From an uncultured Acidobacteriota bacterium (GTDB lineage: Bacteria > Acidobacteriota > Thermoanaerobaculia > Multivoradales > SZUA-115): a stretch of 64,000 nucleotides of DNA. Position numbers and translations under genes: made by a program. The notes under the pieces were generated by a model. That model saw only the letters and a list, made by a program, of their open reading frames with translations, searched no databases and was not told the DNA's origin. Positions 32,251 to 41,268 of this stretch are shown here, piece after piece (the stretch's first letter is position 1; each line of letters opens with the position of its first letter). The stretch is taken from NCBI GenBank assembly GCA_963805975.1, contig CAWDVR010000002.1:704001-768000 (forward strand). The letters are read 5' to 3'.

Positions 32251-34227
32251 CTAGCTCGCCAGGGCGAGCTCCGGCACGGCCCTCGGGCCCGAGGAACGCT
32301 GGGTGGCGAGTGTCTCCCGGTAGTTGGCCACCAGCTCGTCCCGCGGCCTGAGCGCGAGCGAGATGCAGGAGTCCTCGAGGTTGACCATCAGCCGCCGCTC
32401 GATCAACCCGGCAACGAGGCCCTGCACGGCGTCCACCGGCAGCTCCAGCTCGCGGGCGAGAGCCTGGAAGCTCGCCCCCTGGTGGCAAAGGTCGTAGACG
32501 CGAGCGGCCTCGCCCTCGAGGAAATGCTCCTCCACCTTGCCGAAGCGCCCGTCGCGGACCAGGATCTCCTCGTTGCCGCAATGCTCGGCGGCCAGGAACG
32601 CCTCCTCGCCGCACTGCTTGGAGAAGCCCTCCTCCCACGCGATCAGCTCGTCCCAGGCTTCCGGCACGCCCTCGCCGAACCACTCGTCGGGCGGCTCGTA
32701 CTCGCCCTTGGCCACGAAGAAGCGATCGAGGCTCTTGGGTAGCGCGAAGAGCTGCCGCTCGGTCAGCCGCCGCCGCTCCTCGGGCTCGAGGCGGCGGTCG
32801 AGCGGGGTGTTGATGAGCAAGGCGAGGGGGGAGAAGTCGAGGCGGTCGAGGTGCGGGATCAGCTCGAGGATCTGGCGGGTCTCGCGCACGTGCTCGAGGG
32901 TCGACTTGGGGTGGTGCGAGATGAGGTTCGAAAGCGACTTGACGCCCAGCTCCCGGAGCCACTTCTGCACCAGCAGGTTCTGCTTCGCCCGCGTGCCCTT
33001 GTTCATCGCGCGGAGAAGCGTCGGTGCCAGCGCCTCGATGCCGACCTGGACCAGCTCGACCCCCGAGAGCGAGAGCTTGGTCCAGAACACCTCGGGGTGA
33101 TGCACCCGGTTCTCCATGAAGCAGGTGATGCGGATCTTGCGCTCGATCAGGTAGTCGGCGTACTCCTCCGCCCAGGTGTCGCAGACGTTGTCCATGAACT
33201 TGATGCGCGCGCTGCGATGCTTGCGGACCAGCGCCAGGGCGCGGTCCACGATGCGCTGCGGCGTACCCTTGCGAAAGCCCGACCAGCTCGAGTGGACGTC
33301 GCAGAAGTCGCACTTGGCGAAGCATCCCCGCGTGCCTTCCATGGCGATCCAGGTCGCGGACCGGAACCGGGCATGGCTCTCTTCGCCGGGCAGCGCCCGC
33401 CGGAGGGAAGCGTAGTACTCGTCGAAGTCCGGCAGCGGCAGGCTGTCGACCGGGGTCTGGAGCGAGAGCAGGAGGGCGGGGTTCGGCTCGTGGAGGTTGA
33501 GCGTGCGGCGCTGGATGTCGTAGATGCCCGCGTGCAGCGCCGCCAACCGCTCGCTCAGCTTGGCGCGTTGCCGCGCCGGGGTCGCCAGGATCTCGCGCAG
33601 CACGAGCTCCAGCTTGCGCTCCCCCTCGCCGATGACGCAGAAGCCCTCGATGCCGAGGCGCTCCAGAAGCTCCGCCACCTTGGGATAGATCACCGTGGCG
33701 CCGCCGAAGAGAAAGAGGAAGTCGTGCTCCGGGAAGCTCTCACGGAGCGCACGCGCGCAGTAGAGCGAGGCGTACAACTGGTAATAGTTGAGGGTGAAGC
33801 CCACCACGTTGAGCGCCCGCCGGGAGAGCTGCGGGCCGATGGTCTCCCTGACGTACCGCTGGGTGCGGCGCTCGAGGTGCGCGAGGCCGCGGAGAGTCAG
33901 CGGCTCGCCGGCGTCCGTGACATGGGCGTTGACGCGCTGCAGGAGCCGTTCGAGCGACACCCGATCGAGCCCCTGCTCCTGGCGCAGGAACCGGCGCAGG
34001 TAGAGCAGGAAGTACGGGTACTCCTCGTACGCCTGGTAGCGATCGAAGAGGTCGACCGGGCCCTGCCGGGTCTCTTCCAACAGCAGGCTGGCAAACGCGG
34101 AGTAGGTCCGCGTCGGGACGCGCCCGTCAAAGGTCTCGTCCACGTAGGCCTTGAGCACCGCGGTCTGGATCGAAGGCAGCTCCGGGTTCGCCCAAGGCAT
34201 GGAAAACAGGTGCAATCGGGCCTGCAT
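32251..34227 (-). CDS. B12-binding radical SAM protein, RiPP-maturation type, with C-terminal RRE-like winged helix
   Basis: SMPWANPELPSIQTAVLKAY N-terminus; VVGFT, GG, GEGE (cobalamin-binding region); LPLPDFDEYY; TRGCFAKCDFC (CxxxCxxC); QVGIE, MNKG; PqqD-like C-terminus. Confidence 0.85.
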   Translation of the reverse strand: MQARLHLFSMPWANPELPSIQTAVLKAYVDETFDGRVPTRTYSAFASLLLEETRQGPVDLFDRYQAYEEYPYFLLYLRRFLRQEQGLDRVSLERLLQRVNAHVTDAGEPLTLRGLAHLERRTQRYVRETIGPQLSRRALNVVGFTLNYYQLYASLYCARALRESFPEHDFLFLFGGATVIYPKVAELLERLGIEGFCVIGEGERKLELVLREILATPARQRAKLSERLAALHAGIYDIQRRTLNLHEPNPALLLSLQTPVDSLPLPDFDEYYASLRRALPGEESHARFRSATWIAMEGTRGCFAKCDFCDVHSSWSGFRKGTPQRIVDRALALVRKHRSARIKFMDNVCDTWAEEYADYLIERKIRITCFMENRVHHPEVFWTKLSLSGVELVQVGIEALAPTLLRAMNKGTRAKQNLLVQKWLRELGVKSLSNLISHHPKSTLEHVRETRQILELIPHLDRLDFSPLALLINTPLDRRLEPEERRRLTERQLFALPKSLDRFFVAKGEYEPPDEWFGEGVPEAWDELIAWEEGFSKQCGEEAFLAAEHCGNEEILVRDGRFGKVEEHFLEGEAARVYDLCHQGASFQALARELELPVDAVQGLVAGLIERRLMVNLEDSCISLALRPRDELVANYRETLATQRSSGPRAVPELALAS

Positions 34228-34302
34228 GAGGTGTCCTCCGGGTCGTCGAACATTCCCGCACCCGCCCCAATTCAGAGTCTGCGTTTCGCCGTGCTTAGAA
34301 AG

Positions 34303-34330
34303 ATTCTATTGCAAGACTAGGAGGAGTCAA
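34303..34330 (-). promoter_or_regulatory. Sigma70-type promoter of the radical SAM gene
   Basis: TTGACT-16 nt-TAGAAT on the minus strand; GGAGG RBS before ATG 34227. Confidence 0.6.
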
Positions 34331-34411
34331 CGCGGACGGGGCATCTCTTGAAACCAGTTCTGTCGAGGCGCGTAGTGAGAGGCGCTTGGCATCTCGACAG
34401 GAGGAGCTCTC

Positions 34412-34936
34412 ATGACGCCCTGGCTGTGGATCGCGCTGGTCTCGAACCTGACCTTCTGGGCTGTCTTCGTGGCCCTGCTCCTTCGCCATCGGCCTGGCGC
34501 CACCCGCACGGTGGTAGGCGTCCTGCATCTCCTGCTCGCGGCCTTCTTCTCGGTGGCGCCCATCCGCTCGCTGATCGATCCCGCCTATCCCGGTCTCGGT
34601 TTCGGTGTGCTGCGCTTCGAGGGGCGGGGCGCCACGCTGCCCGCGACTCTCGTGCTGGTGTGGGCGCTCGCCTGTGCCTACCTGGCGGTGACCCGGGGCG
34701 CAGGCCGCAGCCTGTGGTGGGTCGCGGCCTTCGACCTGCTCATGGCCGCCAATCTCGCGGCCGGTGTCCTCGCTCCCGGCAGCAGCAACGACATCCAGTT
34801 CGGCGAGCACCTCACGATCTCCGGCCACTTGGGCGTCGCCATCATGCTGCTCCTCTTCGTAGCGGGACCGGCGCTCTCGGGTTGGTGGGCGGCGCGGAAG
34901 GCACTGATGCATTTGGAGGTGGTCAACCAGTCTTAG
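34412..34936 (+). CDS. Hypothetical membrane protein (about 5 TM)
   Basis: AGGAGG RBS; alternating hydrophobic helices. Confidence 0.75.
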   Translation: MTPWLWIALVSNLTFWAVFVALLLRHRPGATRTVVGVLHLLLAAFFSVAPIRSLIDPAYPGLGFGVLRFEGRGATLPATLVLVWALACAYLAVTRGAGRSLWWVAAFDLLMAANLAAGVLAPGSSNDIQFGEHLTISGHLGVAIMLLLFVAGPALSGWWAARKALMHLEVVNQS

Positions 34937-34954
34937 CACGGCTGCCGTTATAAT
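34933..34954 (+). promoter_or_regulatory. higBA2 operator overlapping a consensus -10
   Basis: TTAGCACGG-ctg-CCGTTATAA (34933-34953); TATAAT (34949-34954) lies 7 nt before GTG 34962. Confidence 0.7.
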
Positions 34955-34961
34955 TGGTGCC

Positions 34962-35255
34962 GTGATACGGTCTTTCGCGGACGGCCCGACCGAGGATCTG
35001 TTCGACGGTCTCGCCAGCCGGCGGGCCAGGAAAGCCTGCCCGGAGCGGTTATGGCCAGTGGTGCGACGGAAGCTCACTCAGCTAAACCGCGTCCGCGACC
35101 TTCGTGAGCTGGCAATCCCACCCGGAAACCGGCTCGAGGCCCTCAAACGAGATCGTGTGGGCCAGCACAGCATCAGGATCAACGATCAGTACCGGATCTG
35201 CTTCCGGTGGGAGAACGGCTATGCCGACAAGGTCGAAATCACCGACTATCACTAG
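34962..35255 (+). CDS. higB: HigB toxin (second copy)
   Basis: IRSFADGPTEDLFDG, PPGNRLEALKRDRVGQHSIRINDQYRICFRW, EITDYH. Confidence 0.95.
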   Translation: MIRSFADGPTEDLFDGLASRRARKACPERLWPVVRRKLTQLNRVRDLRELAIPPGNRLEALKRDRVGQHSIRINDQYRICFRWENGYADKVEITDYH

Positions 35256-35283
35256 CCGCGCACCAGCTCCACCTCGCCCCCTA

Positions 35284-35598
35284 GTGCGTCGCCGGCTTCC
35301 TACCGAGCTACCGCCGACACACCCCGGGGAGATGTTGCTCGAGGAGTGGCTCAAGCCACTGGGGATCTCGCAGTCTGCGTTTGCGATCCGCCTGGGGGTC
35401 TCTTTCCCTCGCCTCAACGAGATCGTTCGTGGCAAGCGAGGAGTGACCCCGGACACAGCGCTCCGCCTGGCCAGAGTCACCGGGATGAGCGCCGACTTTT
35501 GGCTCGGTCTCCAGCAGGACTGGGACCTCTGGCACGCGCTGCGATCGCGGGAGGCCGAAGAGATCGCTCGACTGACGCCTCTGCCACGCGCGAGCTGA
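35284..35598 (+). CDS. higA: HigA antitoxin (second copy; start approximate)
   Basis: PTHPGEMLLEEWLKPLGISQ, KRGVTPDTALRLARVTGMSADFWLGLQ. Confidence 0.92.
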   Translation: MRRRLPTELPPTHPGEMLLEEWLKPLGISQSAFAIRLGVSFPRLNEIVRGKRGVTPDTALRLARVTGMSADFWLGLQQDWDLWHALRSREAEEIARLTPLPRAS

Positions 35599-35611
35599 GG
35601 GGATAGCCTCT

Positions 35612-36118
35612 TTACTCCTTGTCCCGCACCACCAGAGCGATGGGAAGACCGACCACGAACGGGTGGCCGATGAGCTGGGTCCAGAAGTGCGGCGAGGACA
35701 CTGGGGTCCCCGTGACTCGGGTGAGCGGCAGGACCAGAAAGTCCATCGCCAGCCAGACCAGCATGCCGTAGGCGAGGCCGACCGCGATGGCGCCGCCGGT
35801 CGAGCGTGTCGCGCGCCGCAGAGCCGGCCAGCGGCGGTAGATGAGCAGATAGATCGCCGCCCAGCTCATGGCAATCAGGAAGTGGATGGCGAGCCCCAGG
35901 GCCGCGGTGGGGAGGCCACCGCTCCGCGCCGCCTCCCGGCCCAGCAGGCCGGCAGCCACGCCCTGGAAGACCCGGGGGATGGTGGCGACCTTGAGGACCA
36001 CCACCCAGATGGCGACGGCAAAGGCGCCGTCGAGGATTCCGACCAGGGTGCCCGCGATGAGCACGCGGACCAGGTCGGAGCGCCGGCGGGAGCCGGGCGA
36101 AGCGCTGGCGACGGACAT
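35612..36118 (-). CDS. Hypothetical 4-TM membrane protein
   Basis: AGTLVGILD, FQGVAAGLLG, GLAIHFLIA, GHPFVVGLPI; AGGGGG RBS. Confidence 0.75.
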   Translation of the reverse strand: MSVASASPGSRRRSDLVRVLIAGTLVGILDGAFAVAIWVVVLKVATIPRVFQGVAAGLLGREAARSGGLPTAALGLAIHFLIAMSWAAIYLLIYRRWPALRRATRSTGGAIAVGLAYGMLVWLAMDFLVLPLTRVTGTPVSSPHFWTQLIGHPFVVGLPIALVVRDKE

Positions 36119-36266
36119 GATTCCCCCTTGGTGGATGAGCTCCAATCTACGGTTTTCAGGACCGGCGATCCAGCCGCTTGAACGCCCGGCCACCTGGGTC
36201 CGCGGTTTCACACTCACAGCGAAGCCGGACGCCGGGAAGCGCAAGATCCGTGCCCCATAGGTGGCA

Positions 36267-36360
36267 GCTCAGCTCGAGCTCCGCGTACCCTGGTGCGGTG
36301 CTCGAGCTCCCTGGCGGGCGGCCTGCGCTCCTCCCAGGGTACACGGAGCTCGGGCTGAGC
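36267..36360. repeat. REPIN-like 27-bp imperfect inverted repeat with a 40-bp spacer
   Basis: GCTCAGCTCGAGCTCCGCGTACCCTGG (36267-36293) versus CCAGGGTACACGGAGCTCGGGCTGAGC (36334-36360); 2 mismatches. Confidence 0.75.
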
Positions 36361-36494
36361 CGCGGTTGCGTGCTCGTAGTTTGACTCCTCCCACCAGTTC
36401 GGCTTCAATTACCCGCCAGTCTTTCCAGTTCCCTTGCTAAGCTCCTCGGGCGAGGCCGGCGGGCGACTGCGCCTGTGGCGACGGAGGGAGGGCC

Positions 36495-37295
36495 GTGGCT
36501 CAACTAGAGGTTCTCAAGACGCGCTCGTTCGGGGAGACCTCCCGCCGGGATGCCTGGTGGGTGCAGCCGGTGGCGGTGTTCCTCGGCCTCTCCGCGTTCG
36601 TCGTCTACTCCACCTGGGCGGCCTTCCAGGGTGACCACTACCGCTTCGGGCCGTATCTCTCGCCGTTCTACTCGCCGGAGGTGTTCGGCGATCCGCAGCA
36701 CTCCTGGTTCGGCGGCAGGCCCGCGTGGTGGCCCGGCTTCCTGCCCTTCTCGCCGGCGCTCTTCATCCTCTGGGCACCCGGCGGCTTCCGCCTCACCTGC
36801 TACTACTACCGCGGCGCCTACTACAAGGCGTTCTGGGCCGACCCGCCCTCCTGCACGGTGGGCGAGCCGCGGAAGAGCTACCGCGGCGAGCGCTCGTTCC
36901 CGCTGATCCTGCAGAACGTCCACCGCTACTTCCTCTACCTGGCGCTCGCCTTCCTGGTCTTCCTGGTCCACGACGTGTGGAAGGCGCTGTGGTTCACCGA
37001 CCCGGCGACCGGGGTGACCAGCTTCGGCATCGGCATCGGCACGCTGGTGCTCGCTCTCAACACCACGCTCCTCGCCGGCTACACGCTGGGCTGCCACTCG
37101 CTGCGGCACCTGGTGGGCGGCGCGCTGGACCGCATCTCGGGCTCGCCGGTCCGCTTCACGGCCTACCGCTGCGTGGGCTGCTTCAACCGCAAGCACATGC
37201 GGTGGGCCTGGGCGAGCCTTTTCTCGGTGGGCTTCTCGGACCTCTACGTCCGCCTCTGCTCGCTGGGCGTGTGGACGGACTGGAGGCTCCTCTAG
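36495..37295 (+). CDS. Succinate dehydrogenase membrane anchor, mycobacterial Sdh1 (Rv0249c)-like
   Basis: YLSPFYSP, FRLTCYYYRGAYYKAFWADPPSC, QNVHRYF, YTLGCHSLRH, HMRWAWASL; first gene of the sdhAB operon. Confidence 0.85.
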   Translation: MAQLEVLKTRSFGETSRRDAWWVQPVAVFLGLSAFVVYSTWAAFQGDHYRFGPYLSPFYSPEVFGDPQHSWFGGRPAWWPGFLPFSPALFILWAPGGFRLTCYYYRGAYYKAFWADPPSCTVGEPRKSYRGERSFPLILQNVHRYFLYLALAFLVFLVHDVWKALWFTDPATGVTSFGIGIGTLVLALNTTLLAGYTLGCHSLRHLVGGALDRISGSPVRFTAYRCVGCFNRKHMRWAWASLFSVGFSDLYVRLCSLGVWTDWRLL

Positions 37296-39116
37296 TGGCC
37301 GACCATCCGCGCTTCGACTACGACGTGCTGGTGATCGGCGCGGGCGGCGCGGGCCTGCGGGCCGCGATCGCCGCCTCGGCCGCCGGGGCCAAGGTGGGAG
37401 TGACCTCGAAGTCCCTCCTCGGCAAGGCGCACACGGTGATGGCCGAGGGCGGCATCGCCGCGGCGCTCGCCAACGTGGACGAGCGGGACGGCTGGCGGGT
37501 CCATTTCGCGGACACGCTACGCGGCGGCCAGTACTTGAACCATCCCCGCATGGCCGAGCTGCACGCCAAGGAGGCCCCGGACCGGGTGCGCGAGCTCGAG
37601 GCCTGGGGCGCGCTCTTCGACCGCACGAAGGACGGGCGCATCCTGCAGCGCAACTTCGGCGGCCACCGCTACGCCCGCCTCGCCCACGTGGGCGACCGCA
37701 CCGGTCTCGAGATGATCCGCACGCTCCAGGACCACGGCATCCACGCCGGCATCGACTTCCACATGGAGCACACGGTGACGGCGCTGTTGACGGACGGCGG
37801 CCGGGTGGTGGGCGCCTTCGGCTACGACCGCGAGCGCGGCCGGTGCCGGGTGTTCGCCGCCAAGGCCGTGGTGCTCGCCACCGGCGGCATCGGCCGCGCC
37901 TACTCCATCACCTCGAACAGTTGGGAGTACACCGGCGACGGCCACGCGCTCGCCTTCGCGGCCGGCGCCGAGCTGCTCGACATGGAGTTCGTGCAGTTCC
38001 ATCCCACGGGCATGGTCTGGCCGCCCGTCGGTGAAGGGCATCCTGGTGACGGAAGGCGTGCGCGGCGAGGGCGGCGTGCTGCGCAACAGCGAGGGCCGGC
38101 GCTTCATGTTCGACGACGTGCCGGCCAACTACCGGAGCCAGACCGCCGACAACGAGGAGGAAGGCTGGCGCTACTGCCAGGGTGACAAGGACGCGCGCCG
38201 GCCGCCCGAGCTCCTCACCCGCGACCACGTGGCGCGCTCGATCGTGCGCGAGATCCGCGAGGGCCGCGGCAGCCCGCACGGCGGCGTGTTCCTCGACATC
38301 TCGTGGATCAAGGCGCGCGTGCCGAACGGCGCGGAGCACATCAAGAAGAAGCTCCCCAGCATGTACCACCAGTTCAAGGAGCTGGCGGGGATCGACATCA
38401 CCGCGGAGCCGATGGAAGTGGGGCCCACGACGCACTACATGATGGGCGGCGTGCGGGTGGACCCGGACACCCAGATGTCCACCGTGCCCGGCCTCTTCGC
38501 GGCCGGCGAGTGCGGCGCCGGGCTCCATGGTGCCAACCGGCTGGGCGGCAACTCCCTTTCCGACCTGCTGGTCTTCGGCCAGCGCGCCGGGGACTACGCG
38601 GCGCGCTTCGCCCTGGCAAACGGCGAGATCCGTCTCGACGCGCACCAGGTCGATCGGGCGGCGGCAGAGCTCGTGGCGCCGTTCGATCGTAGCGGGGAGG
38701 GCGGGGCCGAGAACCCCTACGGCATCCAGCACGATCTCCAGAAGATGATGCAGGAGCTGGTGGGGATCGTGCGCCGCGGCGAGGAGATGGAGCGCGCACT
38801 GGCCGGCATCCTGCAGCTCAAAGAGCGCGCGGCGCGCGTGGCGGCGCCCGGCAACCGCGAGTACAACCCCGGCTGGCACACGGCCCTCGACCTCCCGAAC
38901 CTGCTCACCGTCTCCGAGGCCGTGACGCGGGCGGCGCTCGCCCGCAAGGAGAGCCGCGGCGCCCACTTCCGGGACGATCACCCCGACAAGGACGCCGAGC
39001 TCGGCAAGATCAACTTCGTGGTGCGCAAGGGGGCGGACGGCGAGGTGCTGGTCGAGCGCCGGACGGTGCCCGCGCTCACCACCGAGCACCAGGCGATCAT
39101 CGAGGAGATGAAGTGA
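37295..39116 (+). CDS. sdhA: Succinate dehydrogenase/fumarate reductase flavoprotein (one +1 frameshift at about 38024-38026)
   Basis: DVLVIGAGGAG, AHTVMAEGG (FAD His), QFHPTG, TEGVRGEGG, HYMMGG, HGANRLGGNSL, ESRGAH. Removing one C restores WPPSVKGILVTE. The span is 3n+1. Confidence 0.93.
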
Positions 39117-39856
39117 TGGCCCAGGCCACCTTCGAGATCTTCCGCGGCGAGCGCGGCAGCGGCGGCTTCCAGAGCTACTCGACCGAGGTCTCGGAAGGCA
39201 TGGTGGTGCTCGACGCCGTGCACCAGATCCAGGCCGAGTCCGCGGGCGACCTCGCCGTGCGCTGGAACTGCAAGGCGGGAAAGTGCGGCTCGTGCTCGGC
39301 GGAGATCAACGGCAACCCGCGGCTGATGTGCATGACGCGGCTCTCCGACCTGCCGCTCGCAGAGCCGGTGACGATCGAGCCGATGCGCGCCTTCCCGCAC
39401 CTGCGCGACCTGGTGACCGACGTCTCCTCGAACTTCCGCGCCAAGCAGAAGATCAAGCAGTTCAAGCCGCGCCCTCCCGACGCCGCGGACGGCACCTGGC
39501 GCATCGCGCAGGAGGACGTGGACCGCGTGCAGGAGTTCCGCAAGTGCATCGAGTGCTTCCTCTGCCAGGACGTCTGCCACGTGCTGCGCGATCACCAGCT
39601 CCACGAGGAGTTCATCGGCCCGCGGCTCCTCGTCTATACCGCGGCGCTCGAGATGCACCCGCTCGACACCGAGGACCGGCTGGCCGACCTCAAGGGCGGC
39701 CACGGCATCGGCTACTGCAACATCACCAAGTGCTGCACCAAGGTCTGCCCGGAGTCGATCACCATCACGGACAACGCCATCATTCCGCTCAAGGAACGGG
39801 TGGTCGACGAGTTCTTCGACCCGCTCGCGAAGCTCTTCAAGATCTTTCGACACTAG
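39116..39856 (+). CDS. sdhB: Succinate dehydrogenase iron-sulfur subunit
   Basis: CKAGKCGSC...C, CIECFLCQDVC, CNITKCCTKVCP. Confidence 0.95.
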   Translation: MAQATFEIFRGERGSGGFQSYSTEVSEGMVVLDAVHQIQAESAGDLAVRWNCKAGKCGSCSAEINGNPRLMCMTRLSDLPLAEPVTIEPMRAFPHLRDLVTDVSSNFRAKQKIKQFKPRPPDAADGTWRIAQEDVDRVQEFRKCIECFLCQDVCHVLRDHQLHEEFIGPRLLVYTAALEMHPLDTEDRLADLKGGHGIGYCNITKCCTKVCPESITITDNAIIPLKERVVDEFFDPLAKLFKIFRH

Positions 39857-39877
39857 GCGGAGTGGAGGAAGCCGGCC

Positions 39878-40378
39878 ATGTACGAGCTCAAGTCACTCTC
39901 CCCCGAAGCCGTGCCCGCCGCGCTCGCCAAGGCGCACCGCTACCGCCTGCTCAACGAGGCCCAGGAGGCCGAGAGCATCTGCCGCGACGTGCTGGAGGTG
40001 GAGCCCGGCAACCAGGAGGCGCTGGTCACACTGCTCCTCGCCCTCACCGACCAGTTCCAGGAGCATCTCCACCCGACCATGGACCACGCCCGCGAGGTGC
40101 TCGCCCGCATCGGGGACGAGTACGGCCGCGCCTACTACGGCGGCATCCTCTACGAGCGCCAGGCCAAGGCGCAGTGGCGTCGCGGCGGCATGCACGCCGG
40201 CCATATCGCCTACGCCGGCTTCCGCGAGGCCATGGTGCACTTCGAGAAGGCCGCCGCCCTCCGCCCGCCCGGCAACGACGACGCCCTGCTGCGCTGGAAC
40301 ACCTGCGCCCGCCTGCTGATGGCCCACCGCGAGCTGACGCCCGCGCCCCAGGACCCGATCGAGCACTGGCTGGAGTAG
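39878..40378 (+). CDS. Hypothetical TPR-like helical protein
   Basis: GGAGG RBS; KAHRYRLLNE..EAESIC.DVL, YYGGILYER, NDDALLRWNTC; co-oriented directly after sdhB. Confidence 0.75.
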   Translation: MYELKSLSPEAVPAALAKAHRYRLLNEAQEAESICRDVLEVEPGNQEALVTLLLALTDQFQEHLHPTMDHAREVLARIGDEYGRAYYGGILYERQAKAQWRRGGMHAGHIAYAGFREAMVHFEKAAALRPPGNDDALLRWNTCARLLMAHRELTPAPQDPIEHWLE

Positions 40379-40459
40379 GGCGCCCGACGTACCACGGATC
40401 ACTGAAGGCTTGGAGACAGGGGAATTAGGGTCAATACCGTTCACTGAAGCCTCTTGGCT

Positions 40460-40534
40460 CGTCATCCCCGCGAAAGCGGGGATCCATCTGGGTCTCCTCG
40501 CCCGCCCTGGATCCCCGCTTTCGCGGGGATGACG
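40460..40534. repeat. REP-like element: perfect 27-bp inverted repeat
   Basis: CGTCATCCCCGCGAAAGCGGGGATCCA (40460-40486) and its exact reverse complement (40508-40534); each arm has a GAAA/TTTC-loop hairpin. Confidence 0.9.
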
Positions 40535-40621
40535 GCAAAGAGAACAGCTCGATTGGCCCGTGCTTTAGGAAGCTATCAGGCAGCGCTTGCATTTTGCAGT
40601 CGGTGGCGTCACCATGCAGGC

Positions 40622-40858
40622 ATGGGAGTTCAGATCACCATTCGCGATGTTCCGGGCGCGGTGCGAGATGAGCTGGCCGCCCGCGCCGCTCTTCAGGGCA
40701 AATCGATGCAGGAATACCTGCGTGCCGAGCTGGAGCGCCTGGCTTCTCGCCCGCCGGTCGAGCGGCTGCTCGCCGGGATCCGCGACCGCAAGAGGACGGC
40801 GGCGACCCGGCTCTCCCCGGAGGAGATCCTGGCCCATCGGGATGCGGAGCGCCGGTGA
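40622..40858 (+). CDS. FitA-like ribbon-helix-helix antitoxin
   Basis: QITIRDVPGAVRDELAARAALQGKSMQEYLR; GTGA overlap with the PIN gene; TTGCAT-17-CACCAT lies 6 nt upstream. Confidence 0.88.
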   Translation: MGVQITIRDVPGAVRDELAARAALQGKSMQEYLRAELERLASRPPVERLLAGIRDRKRTAATRLSPEEILAHRDAERR

Positions 40859-41256
40859 GCGCGGTCGTCGACGCCTCTCTGCTGGTCGCCGCCGTCGCGG
40901 ATGACGGCACGGAAGGAAACTGGGCCGAGGAAGTGCTGAGCGCCGGTGGCCTGGTGGCCCCCCACCTTGCCCTGGTGGAGGCCACCAACATCCTCCGCCG
41001 CTTCGAGCTCGCGGGTCGCCTGAGCCGCCTCGAAGCCGGGGCCGCTGCCCACGATCTCCTGCTGCTCGATCTGGAGCTGGTCCCCTTTGCCCCCTTCTCG
41101 CAGCGAGTCTGGGAGCTCCGGGCCAACGTCACGAGCTACGACGCCTGGTACGTCGCGGTGGCCGAAGAGCTCGATCTGCCCCTCGCAACCCTCGATCGGC
41201 CTCTTGCCGCCGCCCCTGGCCTTCACTGCCGATTCCTGCTGCCACCCTCTGCGTGA
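40855..41256 (+). CDS. vapC: VapC-family PIN toxin
   Basis: VVDASLLV, APHLALVE, SYDAWYVAVAE, LATLD. Confidence 0.9.
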   Translation: MSAVVDASLLVAAVADDGTEGNWAEEVLSAGGLVAPHLALVEATNILRRFELAGRLSRLEAGAAAHDLLLLDLELVPFAPFSQRVWELRANVTSYDAWYVAVAEELDLPLATLDRPLAAAPGLHCRFLLPPSA

Positions 41257-41268
41257 CCGGGCCGCACC

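Noticed and set aside
34228-34411. Possible RiPP precursor upstream of the radical SAM gene
   Set aside because: No short ORF with an RBS and leader/core character; the region is explained by divergent promoters and RBSs.
36381-36409. TTGACTCCTCC shared with the radical SAM promoter (34320-34330, minus strand)
   Set aside because: Only 11 bp, mostly a -35 hexamer, and the matching -10 here (TTCAAT) is weak. Not enough to claim co-regulation.
38015-38035. Programmed frameshift or split sdhA
   Set aside because: No slippery heptamer; a single extra C in a short C-run matches the other isolated +1 errors.
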